DNA of 64,000 nucleotides from Batkoa obscura (Eukaryota): NCBI GenBank assembly GCA_030770535.1, contig JASVEC010000003.1, positions 248,001 to 312,000 of the forward strand, read 5' to 3'. Shown piece by piece: positions 11,855 to 24,341 of this stretch (position 1 is its first letter; each line of letters starts with the position of its first letter). The notes under the pieces were generated by a model. It saw only the letters and a program-made list of their open reading frames with translations, ran no database searches and was not told where the DNA came from. The position numbers and the translations under genes were made by a program.

Positions 11855-12195
11855 CAGGCTTCCTAGCTCTGCTCGGCTGTCTTAAAAAAAACTGAGTAAA
11901 CTGAAAATTTTTTAATAACAATTTAATTTGAAATCCTACAAAAAATAAAATATGGGGGTGTTTTTTTTGGCTTCATTGTTTCCATTTTTCAAGCGCTATT
12001 TCAGCAGAAAGATTGTTAGTAAAATTCTTAAACAAAAAAATACATCTCCATATCAAAACAAGAATTATTAAGACTTTAACTATAATTACATAGTTTCCGT
12101 TGTAACTTTATTTTTTTTACTTTTAAACTTGTCAAGAAAATTTTACTTCAGCCTACTCTCTTTTTTGAGACAGCTAAGTAGGCTTGAAAAACCTG
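11855..12195. mobile_element. TA-flanked MITE with ~55-bp imperfect TIRs, hosting a nested AWWT MITE
   Basis: TA-CAGGCTTCCTAGCTCTGCTCGGCTGTCTTAAAAAA ... TTTTTTGAGACAGCTAAGTAGGCTTGAAAAACCTG-TA. Confidence 0.65.
11950..12053 (+). mobile_element. AWWT MITE copy (nested)
   Basis: ATAT/ATAT flanks. Confidence 0.9.
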
Positions 12196-12888
12196 TAATA
12201 GGCTGTTTTTTGTCATGTTTCCAAAACCGCTAATCTCAGGCCATTTTTTTAAATAAAAGCAAATTAGCTTTGTGACAGTAAGTTCGATTTAAAAAGGTAA
12301 AAATATATATTTGTGTATTTTTACGTATGTTAAGGTAACTTGTGGAGTGGCTGACTGTTTATTTTGAATAAAATTTTGGATATAAATTTTGCTAAAGGTT
12401 AAGGATTAGGCTTCTAAAAAAAGCAAACAGATAATAGTAGCTGAAGAAGTTCGAAAGAAATTGCATATTTGAATTTTAACAGCTGTATATTGGAATTTAC
12501 TCTATAAGGCTTATTTTTATTATTTAAAATCTGGTGTATATCCTTTTAAAAAGCTATATAACTGTCACATGCAATAAAGCTTAAATTTCTAAAGCGTGTA
12601 GACCTTTCGATAGCAACGTTTAAAGAAACTCATGTTATTCAAAACAGTAATCTATACTGAATAATGGTATTTTAATATCACTTGTAATTTTTTTCATAAA
12701 GCCATATTTTTGAGACTGGTAGCTCCTTTTATTATATAATTATATACCTAATAAAAATAGATTCAAGGATACTTTATTAATGTATCTCGAATTCCAATTT
12801 AATATTGTGTTTATCAATATTTTTTGTAAAACCAATGGCTTTTAAAAATAATTGCCCCCAATTTGATTTGTAGCTCATCATAACTAAT

Positions 12889-12995
12889 ATATGGGGGTGT
12901 TTTTTATGGTTTTATCACTTTTCTCATTTTTTAAGCGCTACTTGAACAGAAAGGTTGTTATTAAAATTTTTAAACAGAAAAAGACATCCCCATAT
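12889..12995 (+). mobile_element. AWWT MITE copy
   Basis: ATAT/ATAT flanks. Confidence 0.9.
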
Positions 12996-13302
12996 ATAAG
13001 TTAACTTAGACTACCTATTCTAGATTTCGTAAGCTATTGAATTATCCTTATAGTTTAGAACTTAAAATCTTTGCTCATAATAAAGCTGCACTTTGAAATT
13101 TACAAAATTGTTAACTGCCTTTGGACTTTTTAAACAGTTATTTCATTGCTTTCATTCATACCTTTGAGATCAACTTTTATTTTTATAATTACAGATCTGT
13201 GATCTTTTAGTGAGATTTCTGGGTACATTACACTTTCAAGTTTTTAAAAAAATAGATAAAGATCACTCTAAACCCCAACTGTATTTAAAAAAGGGTGAAA
13301 TA

Positions 13303-13409
13303 ATATGGGGATGTTTTTTTTGGCTTCATCAATTTTTCCATTTTTTAAGCGTTATTTGAGCGGAAAAATTGTTAGTAAAATTCTTAAACAAAAAAATACA
13401 TCCCTATAT
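13303..13409 (+). mobile_element. AWWT MITE copy
   Basis: ATAT/ATAT flanks. Confidence 0.9.
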
Positions 13410-14267
13410 AGTTTAAATATGACTATTTAGTATTACAGCTTAGCTACAATTCATAAGAATTGTATTGAGTATGATGGTTATTATGCCAAATTATAATAAC
13501 AATATATAAACCAAATATATAGACTAAGTGTTATGTTTTTTAAATACATATCGTTTAATGTTATATTTATAAACTGTTTAATTACTTTCCAGGTTTACCC
13601 AGATTAGTTATTAAAGTAATATGACTAATATTGATAAAATTTAACAAAAAAGGTATGTTGAAAAAATATAAAAATATTACGAAAATTATGTAACTTTACT
13701 TTACTTCCCCATACCATTTTCATTATTTATACCACACATTTTAATTAAGATTAAGATAAATTATCTAACTAATTATATTCAGGATTCTTGTTACTTAATT
13801 TTCAAAAGAAATGTATCTTTATGGTATCCCAATTTGATTTCCTATTATAATATATGTATCCCGTATATAACATATATAAGAAGTATTTAAAAAATAACAA
13901 TATTTGAAAATATAAAAAAGTCTCCCGTTTAATAAGCTAGCTTAGATTTGCTAAATTATAGCTAATTTAATTGCCATTTTATAAAATTCGATTTATTTTA
14001 AGATCTAAAAAATTCCAATATATTTAAAAACATTTTGTTGTGTGGATAGGAAAGAATGTTAGCTAGATTAAATATAAATGGTAGCTATTTTAACTACCCA
14101 AAAATAAAAATAAACGAATAGATAAAACATTTGAAGTTTACATTTTTAGCTAATCAATTTTTAATTAGTTATAAATAATGTAAATAACCTCTTCGTAAAA
14201 TTTTAAGTAGGTGTATTTATAATTCATCTCTTGTAATAATTTCTTGATATCTTTACATTTCATCAAA

Positions 14268-15053
14268 ATGGTCTATAATTATTTTGAAAGCGCTCATGTA
14301 CCCTACATCATGTCCCTTTTGTGTATCTCAAACACTGGCGATACTGCTACTGTGAAGTTACTCTCTGAGTCAACGTTACATTTACTTCACTTGAAATTGA
14401 CAAGTATTTTTAACTTAGAGCGTGGAGATGACCATTCTTTCACATCACTGGATAGAAATGATAAATTAAATATTATTTATAAAGATTTAATCTCCCCAGA
14501 GCATTACGACGGCTATTTATTAAAAATAACAAATGGCATATTCTATGAGTTTGAACATCCTCATTGTACTTTTATAAATCAACCAACTTTTGATAATAAA
14601 ATAACTCAACTTAGGGAGGAAAGCAACTGGACACTCATTAGTTTGCTGTCTGGGGAAGGATTAGAATTAAGGCATAACTCCAAAAATAATTCTATTAATA
14701 TAAAGCTCCAATGTATCAGAAGGATCCAACCTGATGATAATCTTGATTTGTCTTTATTCGAGCGACAATATATAGGTATATACAGTGAAAGTAGACAAAA
14801 ATCAAGCACTGATAATTTGAACCATTCATCATGTAATTTGGACAACTATGATGGATTAAATAGTTATCTAATAGCTCCTAATTTCAATCAAATTGATGAA
14901 AGTTATATTACCAAATTAACATTTATTGCGCACGAGATGATAGAAAATGAAAAATTTCGCTTTAAACAAACTAAAAAAAACACCAACTTTGATTGTACTT
15001 GGGTAGAGTCGACTGGTGAAACGTGTGCATTTTGTACTGAAGGTTTCTTGTAG
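14268..15053 (+). CDS. Uncharacterised protein, paralog of 9019..9900
   Basis: First ATG at 14268 (the ORF-track start is TTG). Shares TLHLLH, YDGYL..I..G...E..HPH and the terminal CTWVESTGETCAFCTEGFL. Confidence 0.8.
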   Translation: MVYNYFESAHVPYIMSLLCISNTGDTATVKLLSESTLHLLHLKLTSIFNLERGDDHSFTSLDRNDKLNIIYKDLISPEHYDGYLLKITNGIFYEFEHPHCTFINQPTFDNKITQLREESNWTLISLLSGEGLELRHNSKNNSINIKLQCIRRIQPDDNLDLSLFERQYIGIYSESRQKSSTDNLNHSSCNLDNYDGLNSYLIAPNFNQIDESYITKLTFIAHEMIENEKFRFKQTKKNTNFDCTWVESTGETCAFCTEGFL

Positions 15054-15262
15054 TTTTTTCATTTTTATATTTCATAATTTTCATTTTTTCATAAAAAAGT
15101 ATTAGAGGAGCTATTCATCCAAATGTTTGTTAAATTAATAAAATAATTTTTTAAACTTTTAGCATGTTCATTATGTTTTAATTTAATATATTAAAAGTTA
15201 ACTAAATCAATGTTAATTTATTATAGTTTTTATTAAAAAAAACTATCTCAAATAAATATAAA

Positions 15263-15334
15263 AGCATCTTGGCGCAGAGGAAGCGCGCGGGGCTCATAAC
15301 CCCGAGGTCGAAGGATCGAAACCTTCAGATGCTA
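15263..15334 (+). tRNA. Initiator tRNA-Met (CAT)
   Basis: AGCATCT/AGATGCT acceptor stem with A1-U72; GGGG-CTCATAA-CCCC anticodon arm; GATCGAAA T-loop typical of eukaryotic initiator tRNA; 72 nt with no intron. Confidence 0.95.
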
Positions 15335-15460
15335 TTATATCTTTTATTTTTGTGAACAGAGAGGGGGGTTAATTAAAAAAATTTAATAGTAGTGTTATTT
15401 TACTGAAAAAAGCTTAATAATAATAAAAACAAAAATGGCTACTAAGTTTATTTCTAAAGG

Positions 15461-15690
15461 TTAGCAATTATATGGACTGCCAATATCAATCCAACTACTA
15501 AAGGTACATTTACTATCTGTAAGGATGTCATAACAATCCCATTCTCCATTGTTCCAAGTCCAGCATCTTGGCAGCTATAACCGTCATAACAATAAACACC
15601 ACCATTGCCTTTGCTGCATCGCTCAGTGTTCGGATTGGGGCATAAGGATATCACAAACGGAAAGATGGAAATGATTGTTTTTTTATAAAA
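15461..15690 (-). pseudogene. Frameshifted copy of the 8-Cys secreted peptide at 19889..20131
   Basis: CPNPNTERCSKGNGGVYCYDGYSC, then a 1-nt deletion, then RCWTWNNGEWDCYDILTDSKCTFSSWIDIGSPYNC*; no in-frame ATG upstream. Confidence 0.8.
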
Positions 15691-16299
15691 TCAATCTAAA
15701 TAAATAAGATAATTCATTGGTCAATCAAGCAATACTTTATCTTTCAAGTATTTATATACATTACTGGTGCTAAACTATTTTAACTTAATTACCTTAAATT
15801 TCATAATAGCCTAAAATAAATGCGATAAAAAGGCAATATTTATAAATTAGTTTTATTTTAAAGCAATTCAGTTTGTATATAAAATTAAAATTTTAATTGT
15901 ATATTGTTGATTTTATTTAACAATAATTTACAGTTATTGCAACTTTCTTGCGACTTGATTAACTACTCATTTAAGAAAAAAAATTCTATTAAAACTAAGC
16001 TAAAACACAATCATATTAAAAAAATTAGTCATATAATTGATTTGATCATAATTGTTGTTAAAAAAAGTCTCAAGAGAGTTACAATAGCTATAAACGGCAA
16101 ATTAAATCCAAGGTTAAGATTTATAGTTGGGTGAAATGTAAATAGCCAAAAATTAAGTTGCAATAAAATAAAGTTACAAAATTGCCATTTTCAAGGGGGC
16201 AATTTTTAATTGTGGTAATTTTATTATAGCTTTAATGAAATATGTTACAGCCTGTTAAAGCTCAAATATTTAGTTTCTCACAAAATCTCTTCGGTTACC

Positions 16300-16403
16300 A
16301 TTTGGGAGTGTTTTTTGGTTTCATAACCTTTTCCATCTTTTAAGCGCTACTAAGTGGAAAAATTGTTAGTAAAATTCTTAAACAAAAAAATACATCCGCA
16401 TAT
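16300..16403 (+). mobile_element. AWWT MITE copy
   Basis: ATTT/ATAT flanks (mismatched). Confidence 0.85.
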
Positions 16404-17557
16404 GGTACTTTCAGAGTCAATATCCCTTTCTTGATAGTGATTGGCCTACTTTTTTTAAAACGATCTTATAAACATTTTTTACAAATAGCTGTAAAAGTGA
16501 TTCAAAAATATTTTAAGGAACTAACTTGTAGTATATAAAAGGTGTAGCTTATATATGCTCTGTATGTACTATATAGCTTAATACTACTTACAAAAGGTTT
16601 TGTTTAGCATTTTACTCTTTTATTGGATACTAAAGAACTAGCTTTTTGAGCTATGTTTATTTTAGGCTTTAACTCAATTCTTTGTTTTTGAATTTTGTTT
16701 CTTGAACTTATAAAATTCACAATTTGCTTCAATAAAGTAGATAAGAAAAACTCATATCATTCCTTATTAGCTAATACATCCATGTTATAAAGACACTTCA
16801 AATAAAAACATCTTGGTTTAAATTTTATTTGAACAGTGAGGCTTATTGAAAACTACTTTATATCGATTTTTATATTCTTATCAGCAATAAGGCTACTTTT
16901 CTAAAAATCGTTATATTACTATCTTTTTATGTTTTAAATAATACCTTATAAAAGTTAATTTTTTGCTTGTTTAAGAAACATATGTCAACAGAAACAAAGA
17001 TAATTAAGTGCTGAGAACAATATATCAATAGTTTATTAAAATTAGTTATAGTTTATTTGTAATCACATTTGCTTTAAAAATGGTTTTTATTTATATTGAT
17101 CTTATAATTCAAACATAATCTATTAAAAATTTTAGTATAGCTAGTAACATAGTGCTATCTGCATAAATATTTGTTAATAATTTAAGTTTAAATGTTTCAA
17201 ATTGATAATAAAAAATAGCTTAAGGGGTTTCAATCATAAAGCAGCAAGTTTATTGCATTATAAGTGTATTTTATTAATCAAATGAAACACTTATTCTATA
17301 AATATATCATAATCTTAGTGATAATAAAACTAGCAATATATATTGCCTACACCTTTTAAACCAACTACATTGTCCTTCAAATTAGAATATTAATTTCAAT
17401 TTAGATTGTTATTTTGATTTTTATTAACTTCAAATAATCTAGATTAAATAAGGTAAAGTAGAAAAATAGGGTTAATTAAGGTGAAGCGGTGTAGTAAAAA
17501 AAATGAAAATAAAACTATAAATAAGGATAAAATGATTACGGGTTAAAAAAATTTCAA

Positions 17558-19527
17558 ATGTTAAATATGTATACCATTATAAATTATCTAGCGGCAGTTA
17601 CTTTATCTTTTTGGATTTATAAGGTGTGTTAGTTAGTAAATAAATCTAAGGATTAAATAACATATAGGTTATCAATGCCATCTTTTTTCATCCATTGAAA
17701 AATGTTCCAGGACCTTTAATTTATCAGTTCTTTCCGCTTATTTTTATGGTAGATAGAATCACCGGAGACTACCATATTACCTCCTTGAAACTACATAAAA
17801 AATATGGTAAGGCAGTAAGAACAGGTAATTTTTATACCGATTTAATAAAAAATAGCAATTGATAGTCGTATCTAATTTTTAGGCTGGGATTCAGTATCAT
17901 TTTCATCAAAAGAGGCAACTAAGATTATTTATTCTACTTATACCTTTAGAAAAAGTATAGTTTATGAAGGCTTTCATGTTTCTGGCGAAACTACTTTAGT
18001 AACTAGGTATTCTATTATTATCATTTACTCACAATTAGCTAAGTTATTCTATAGGGATCGCGACTTTCATAGAAAAAGAGTAAAAAAAACAATTAATTAT
18101 AGAATGAGTATTTATCTCTCTATGTGTTTATTAGAAAAGAATCGTTGGTCCAAGTTATTCTGAGAGTTCTATAGCTTCTTTAGAAGCTTTATTTAATGAA
18201 AAAGGGGTACAAAAACTTATTGAAAAGATTAAAGAGTACAGTTCACCAAACCAGAGCACCGATTTGGAAGTTGTCTTTCATTGTTTAACTCTGGTATGAT
18301 TTAATGTTATTTTTAATGTCACGAAACAAGTTAAAGTTTAATTCATAGGATATCATTGGTGAATTAGCTTTTGGTAGATCCTTTGATATGATTAATAACG
18401 GTTTTCATCCGGTTTTAGGTTGGATTAAAGATTACTTGTTTTATTCGGCATTGGTAATTACGCATTGTATAAATATAGCAAGAGTATACTTAAAATTTTA
18501 GAGAGGCTCATTAACATTCTTGCGATCTTATGTTGATTCGGGTACCAAACATTTATACAAAGTAAGTATCAATATAAAAGTAGCTCTATAATGTAACTAA
18601 AGCAAAAATAGTTTGCCTATGAATCAATTGATAGTGCCAAAACACATAAGAACCGTAATACTATTTTAGAGTCCTTTTTAAACGCTGTAGATCCAGAAAC
18701 TGGGGTCAAGTTGACAAGCAAAGAAGTAGCCGAAGAAAGCATGCTCCAAATGTAACTTTTATAAGTAATTTATTCGAATTTCATTAAATTTTAAAGATTC
18801 GCTGGCACTGATACTACTGCAAACGCCTTAATATGGTAAGAGGACAATATTAAAATGAACTATGACTAACACTTTTTTTAGGACATTTTATTTGTTGTTA
18901 AAGAACCCTGCTAAATACAATAAATTAAATGAAGAGATTTTAAAAGTATTTCCAGATAAGAATACCATCACCTATAAAGATTGCAAGAAAAAATGCCAAT
19001 ATTTGAATGCTGCAATCAACGAAAGTATGCGTATTTTTCCTTCAGTTGCAGGTACCTTAACAAGAGATACACCAAAAGGTGGAAAAATCATTGAAGGACA
19101 CTTTATCCCAGAAGGAGTAAATAAATTACCAAGACTTGACTTTAAAATCTAAAAAAAAATTATAGACAATAGTAGGAACTAGCACATATGCAATGCATAA
19201 CTTGGAAGAGCATTTTGAAAACCCAGATCTTTACTTACCTGAAAGATGGTTAAATGCAAAAGATGATTTTAAAGAAAACTTTATCCCTTTTTCAATCGGC
19301 CCAAGAGCTTGCCTAGGCAGAACGTAATTTAATTTAGTATTTGCCATTTCATAACTTAAATGTTATTTAGTTTAGCTATGATGATACTGACTTTGACTAC
19401 TGCGTCATTAGTACGTAATTTTGAGTTTAGTTTAATTGATGAAAAATTAGTTTTAGGCTCAAGCTATCATATAGTATTAAAGCCTTGCAATGGCAAATTA
19501 TTGGTATGCTCTAAAATCAGAGAATAA
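17558..19527 (+). CDS. Cytochrome P450, about 12 exons
   Basis: N-terminal TM segment then HPLKNVPGP; I-helix FAGTDTTA; ExxR (ESMR); PERW; heme motif FSIGPRACLG; about 11 short GT-AG introns traced by eye. Confidence 0.92.
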
Positions 19528-19888
19528 ATATTATTAAGGCATATAATGCTGTATAGTATTGTTTATTGTTTTTAAAGTGATTTGTTAGTTTGAAGTACTT
19601 ATCCTGAGACTTTAAAGTCCTTCATCTAATCAAATTAAGCCTTTTAGGAAACATAACACAAAAGCGTCTAAAATGTGAATAAATTCAAAAAGCATAGTTT
19701 TAGTCTATTTTTGATTGTTTTAAAACAATTTAAAATTTTAAAATGTCAAAGGAAACTACGCTTATGTTAAAAATAATTAACTTAGTTTGAAGTATAATTG
19801 TGTAAATGTTTCGCAAATATTTTATTTTAAAATGAAAGATATAACAAAGAGATACATTCTTATAAGTTATTTATTCATAAATAAAAAG

Positions 19889-20131
19889 TTAACAGTTGTT
19901 TGGGTTATAAATATCGATCCAACTACTAAAGGTACATTTGCCGTTTGAGAGGATGTCATAGCAATCCCATTTTCCATTGCTCCAAGTCCAGCACCTTGGA
20001 CAGTTATAGCCATCGTAGCAAAGGTTTCCGCTATTTCCTCTATCACATTGCTCATTATTTGGATTTGGACAACGTGATACTACAAAGGGAAGGATAAAAG
20101 ATAAAGTAACGATTGATTGAGTGAATTTCAT
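19889..20131 (-). CDS. Small secreted Cys/Trp-rich peptide (80 aa, 8 Cys)
   Basis: Signal peptide MKFTQSIVTLSFILPFVVS; mature region with 8 Cys and 4 Trp; paralog 4.3 kb away. Confidence 0.85.
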   Translation of the reverse strand: MKFTQSIVTLSFILPFVVSRCPNPNNEQCDRGNSGNLCYDGYNCPRCWTWSNGKWDCYDILSNGKCTFSSWIDIYNPNNC

Positions 20132-20489
20132 ATTTAACTTGATTTTAATAAAATATATACGATTATCTCCACAGTATTTATACCATTTTATTATCTTTTA
20201 AGCTATGACTTATTTTTTAAGTAATTATGTTTATTGTATCATATTTATAAAAAGAATACGTTTATTATTATTATTAAACAAAGTTATTTTTAACATGATA
20301 TTCTAATAGTATTTCAGCTATTAGACTTACATAGATGGAATATTATCAATTAATTGTTTATTTTGTGCTAAATTTACTAATTTTAATTTTAAATTCAAAT
20401 AAAGCATACTCTTTTGTTGTTATTTTTAAAATGCATAATCAATTTAGAATTTGTTTTAGCTATAATTATTTTTTTTTCTTTATATTTGA

Positions 20490-21540
20490 AATCTTCAAGT
20501 AAACCGATCGTAGAAGATAAATTAGATCGGAGAGTTATGAAGATCTGCACATTTTCTCATGTATTGTAAGAAGAAACAAAAGTAATTTCGATTGTCCCTA
20601 TTAGAAAACACATTGAATGGTTATGTTAATAACCATTAGTCTAATCTTATTGGTTAAAGCTTATTTTATTAAATAGAATATGCTTCATTTAAAGCTGCTT
20701 TTTTTATTGTGGGTTTGATATCAACAAATCCTTTTGACATATTCTATATTTATTCTATCTATTCATTTAATATGTACCTATTAGTAAGCCTTCAATAAGA
20801 AATTCAAAATTAAGTTAATTTTAAAAAGTTAAATTTTCATGTGAATTAAGTTATAACTAATTTCACTTGTTAGTTGACATTAAAGATATAAATAGCTAAA
20901 AAGTATTTCTAATTTAAATTAATCAATTTATCATCTAGTTTTCTATCAATGCTGTACAAGATTTAGTGCTATTTATAAAATTAATTTTATAACTTTTTTA
21001 TATATAGATACTTTGACTCAAATATTTATGTTGTTTCTTGGTATATTCAGCTTTGAAATACTGCTTACCTTTCTGATGTATTTATAATCAGTACTGGATT
21101 ATAGATAACTCATGCTAAGTATAATAGAATTACTGCTAACGAACTATCAATCAAAGCATCAATGATTCCTTATTTTATTACCTGGTTTCTTATTATAACC
21201 CTCTTACAGTTTCACTGTTCTCTTTCTAAGCCCAGACTGGGAGACAGAAATCAAAATCCTTCGTTTCTTTTTAAAATAAGCCTTTAATTTTATCTATTAC
21301 TATATTTTTACTGAAATAAAATCTTTAGGTTTTGGGACCTTTCAAGATATTATATATATATGTATATTACCTTTCCAATAGATTCAAATAACAATCGTTT
21401 ATTATGATACATCATTTCTACTGGAGTGCTCATAGCTTTAATTTTCAAGACCGAGTTGAAACTACAATATCAATTCATTACTTTATCTAAATACCATCTC
21501 TAACTTAACATAGAAACTCTGTATCCAATGGTCCATTATT
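20490..21540 (+). pseudogene. Possible decayed multi-exon membrane-protein gene
   Basis: Hydrophobic coding-like blocks (e.g. SMIPYFITWFLIITLLQ) separated by intron-like GT..AG segments, but with in-frame stops. Confidence 0.3.
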
Positions 21541-22219
21541 TATAATTTCTTACAGATTAGTAGTTGTGAACTAAAAAGACACAATATTATAGAATAAGAA
21601 TGAATGTTATTATAATTTTTTATTTTAAAAATATTTTTATTTAAAATATCTTACACGTTTAATGACCATACCTTGTAAAAACCAAAGCATGGCCTCAGAG
21701 GTGTAACATTTGCTCGAGGCGTTGTTTAAAAAGCCTACAATCATTATCTAATTGGTACTAGAGTACAACCCATGATGAATAGAGATAAGTTGGAAAAAAT
21801 AGACTTAATCTATTATGACCAACAAACTTCTAAAGTTCTATTATTGAGATTTCAGTCTATTTAATAAAACCTCGATTTTTTTTTGACATTTTAAGTTTAT
21901 GGGATTGGAGTTCAAGCTTTAATTAATTACATGATAATAGAATTGTATTGAAAATAATACAATCAGTTAATAGTTTTTTAGAGGCTATAAAACAGATTTT
22001 GGAATAGCATCTACCTATATGTAATCCATTTAACAACATAAAAAAATATTAAATTATTAAATTATTAAATTATTTACCACAGACAAGCTAATTTCCAAAA
22101 ATATACCAAGCTTGAAGACCTGTTTTTTTACATCACTTATTTTAATTGGACCAAATGTTTAGGATTTAGACAAAAGCTATAAAATGAAAACATCATTTTT
22201 TTAAAAATTTAATACAAAA

Positions 22220-22594
22220 ATGTCAAAAGCAACAAACGCAGCTACCGTATTGGGAGGAGGATTTGTATTTTGGTTAGTGGTATTATTGAACTGGATTCCA
22301 TTACCAATATCAGAAACTTTTTTAACCAAAGTATGGCCGACAGTAAGTGTTTTTTATTTTTAAAAGATTAAATTTATCAAAATTAGCTTCCATTTGTAGC
22401 ATTAGTAGGATTTGCTTCTTATTCTTTAGTTAACATTGGCTATAGCTTAATCACATTCCGTGACTGCCCAGAAGCTCACGAAGAATTGATGAAGGTAAAC
22501 ATTTATAGTTTATTTAGTAAATTAAATATGAATTGAATAGGAAATTGATGTTGCTATCACTGACCTTCGTTCTAAAAATGTTACTGTTGATTAA
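22220..22594 (+). CDS. DPM3: Dolichol-phosphate mannosyltransferase subunit 3 (3 exons; absent from the ORF track)
   Basis: Spliced product MSKATNAATVLGGGFVFWLVVLLNWIPLPISETFLTKVWPT/LPFVALVGFASYSLVNIGYSLITFRDCPEAHEELMK/EIDVAITDLRSKNVTVD* contains the TF.DCPEA..EL..EI..A..DL signature. Confidence 0.92.
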
Positions 22595-23408
22595 ATAAAT
22601 TTTAAAAGTATAAAATGAATGTAGGTTCATATAAAGCTCAAGATGCAAATATGTTAAAACATAGTTTGATAATTTTGTATAGAGACCAATTAATACAAAG
22701 GCTTATTTTAAATTTAATTTATAATTATTGACAATTTTTTAGCTAATGCTCCAACTAGGATGTATAAGTTATTAAAACCCATATTAAGATGACTTTTATT
22801 TTCAATCATGATAAATAATCTTAATCAATCTATTACTATTAGTAACTATATATTTAATTTATTCGATTCCAACTTCGTTAATGACTACAAATAACAATTA
22901 ATCATCAACTTCGATCTGAGTTTATACTTTGATTTAATATTGCAACAAAAATGAAACAATTTATAGACTGTATTTGGCGATATCAGTAAGTAGAATAATG
23001 AGTTTCCATTTATTTTTTATATATGATATTATTCTATCCTCAGATGTAATTAAAATTTGTGTATTTGTTTAGGAACTTTGTATATTTAAGTTAAAGAACC
23101 TTTATATCTTTTTTAAATTCTTAAGTAAAACTGTTTGTTATAACTTTAAATAAATATTTTTAGATAAAAACAGTTAAAATACCTTATTTTTTAACATGAT
23201 AAATTGTTTAAATAACAAACAATTGATGTATTGGGTTAATCCTTTAGTAAGTTGTCTTAGTTCTATTTAAATAAAATTAAACTTAAATATAGAAAAGCTT
23301 ATTAAGCTTCCAAAATACTGAAATTTTATTCGTTTTAGTTTTAATTATAATTATGGAGTAATGTTTAAATGAAACTTCAAATATAGTACAACCAAAATGA
23401 CCAAGTAG

Positions 23409-23514
23409 ATATGGAGATATGTTTTTTGTTTAACAATTTTACTAACAATTTTTCCACTCAAACAACATTTAAAAAATGGAAAAAGTAATAAAACTAAAAA
23501 AAACACTCTAATAT
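23409..23514 (-). mobile_element. AWWT MITE copy, diverged
   Basis: Family core ttttactaacaatttttccactcaaa...aaaaatggaaaaag. Confidence 0.8.
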
Positions 23515-24341
23515 TGTTTTTATTTTGATATAAATTAAAAATGCAAAAACACATTGACATTAAAGTATGACAATATAGTTCTTTGGATTTTAGTTTTAAA
23601 CTAGTTTTTTATGCTATAAGGCTATAGCAAACAATATTATCTTTAGAAACCCCAGTGTAGTTTTCAAATTAATTAGATCAAAGTATGACTACAAGTTTAT
23701 AAAGATTACTTACTAAAACAATGTATGTTTGATAAGAAGTCTTTAAACTATTTGTTAAGGATAGTACTCAGGGTATCAATTATAAAAAAGTAAAATTAGT
23801 CAGAAAAGTGACCTATGTATTAATTAAATTAAAAGTTTGATAGTTATATTATAGCCAAATTATAGTAATTCTATCATCCGCTTTGTTACATGGTTGTAAT
23901 TTAAATTTATATACTTAAAATTTTATTTAAAAACTAAAATATATGAAAAGAGAAACAATCAAAAAGTATAATAGACTAAATTAAAAATTAAGCTACCCTG
24001 AAAATATAATAAAATAACTACATAGATAAAACTGAAATAAAATAAGTGCGTAAATAAAAAAGATAAAAATAGTACTTTATTGTACAAATAAATAAAATCG
24101 ATAATTTTTATTAAAATTAAGCATCAATGTCAGTCAAGTCATAAGTATTGGAAAAAAGAATAAAATATGTACAAAATATAAACCCGATATCATGAGTCAA
24201 AAGTACACAGAATTAATACATATAATAAACTATAAAAAGAATTGAAAATAGCTTTAAAAAGTTATAGAATCTTCTAGAACTCAGTTAAAGAGTAGTATAA
24301 AATAACTATATGTCGAAGTATAAATATAAAAAATAAATGAA

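Noticed and set aside
15904..16200. ORF 15904..16134 and weak inverted repeats
   Set aside because: Low-complexity translation, and the inverted match is too weak to call in AT-rich DNA.
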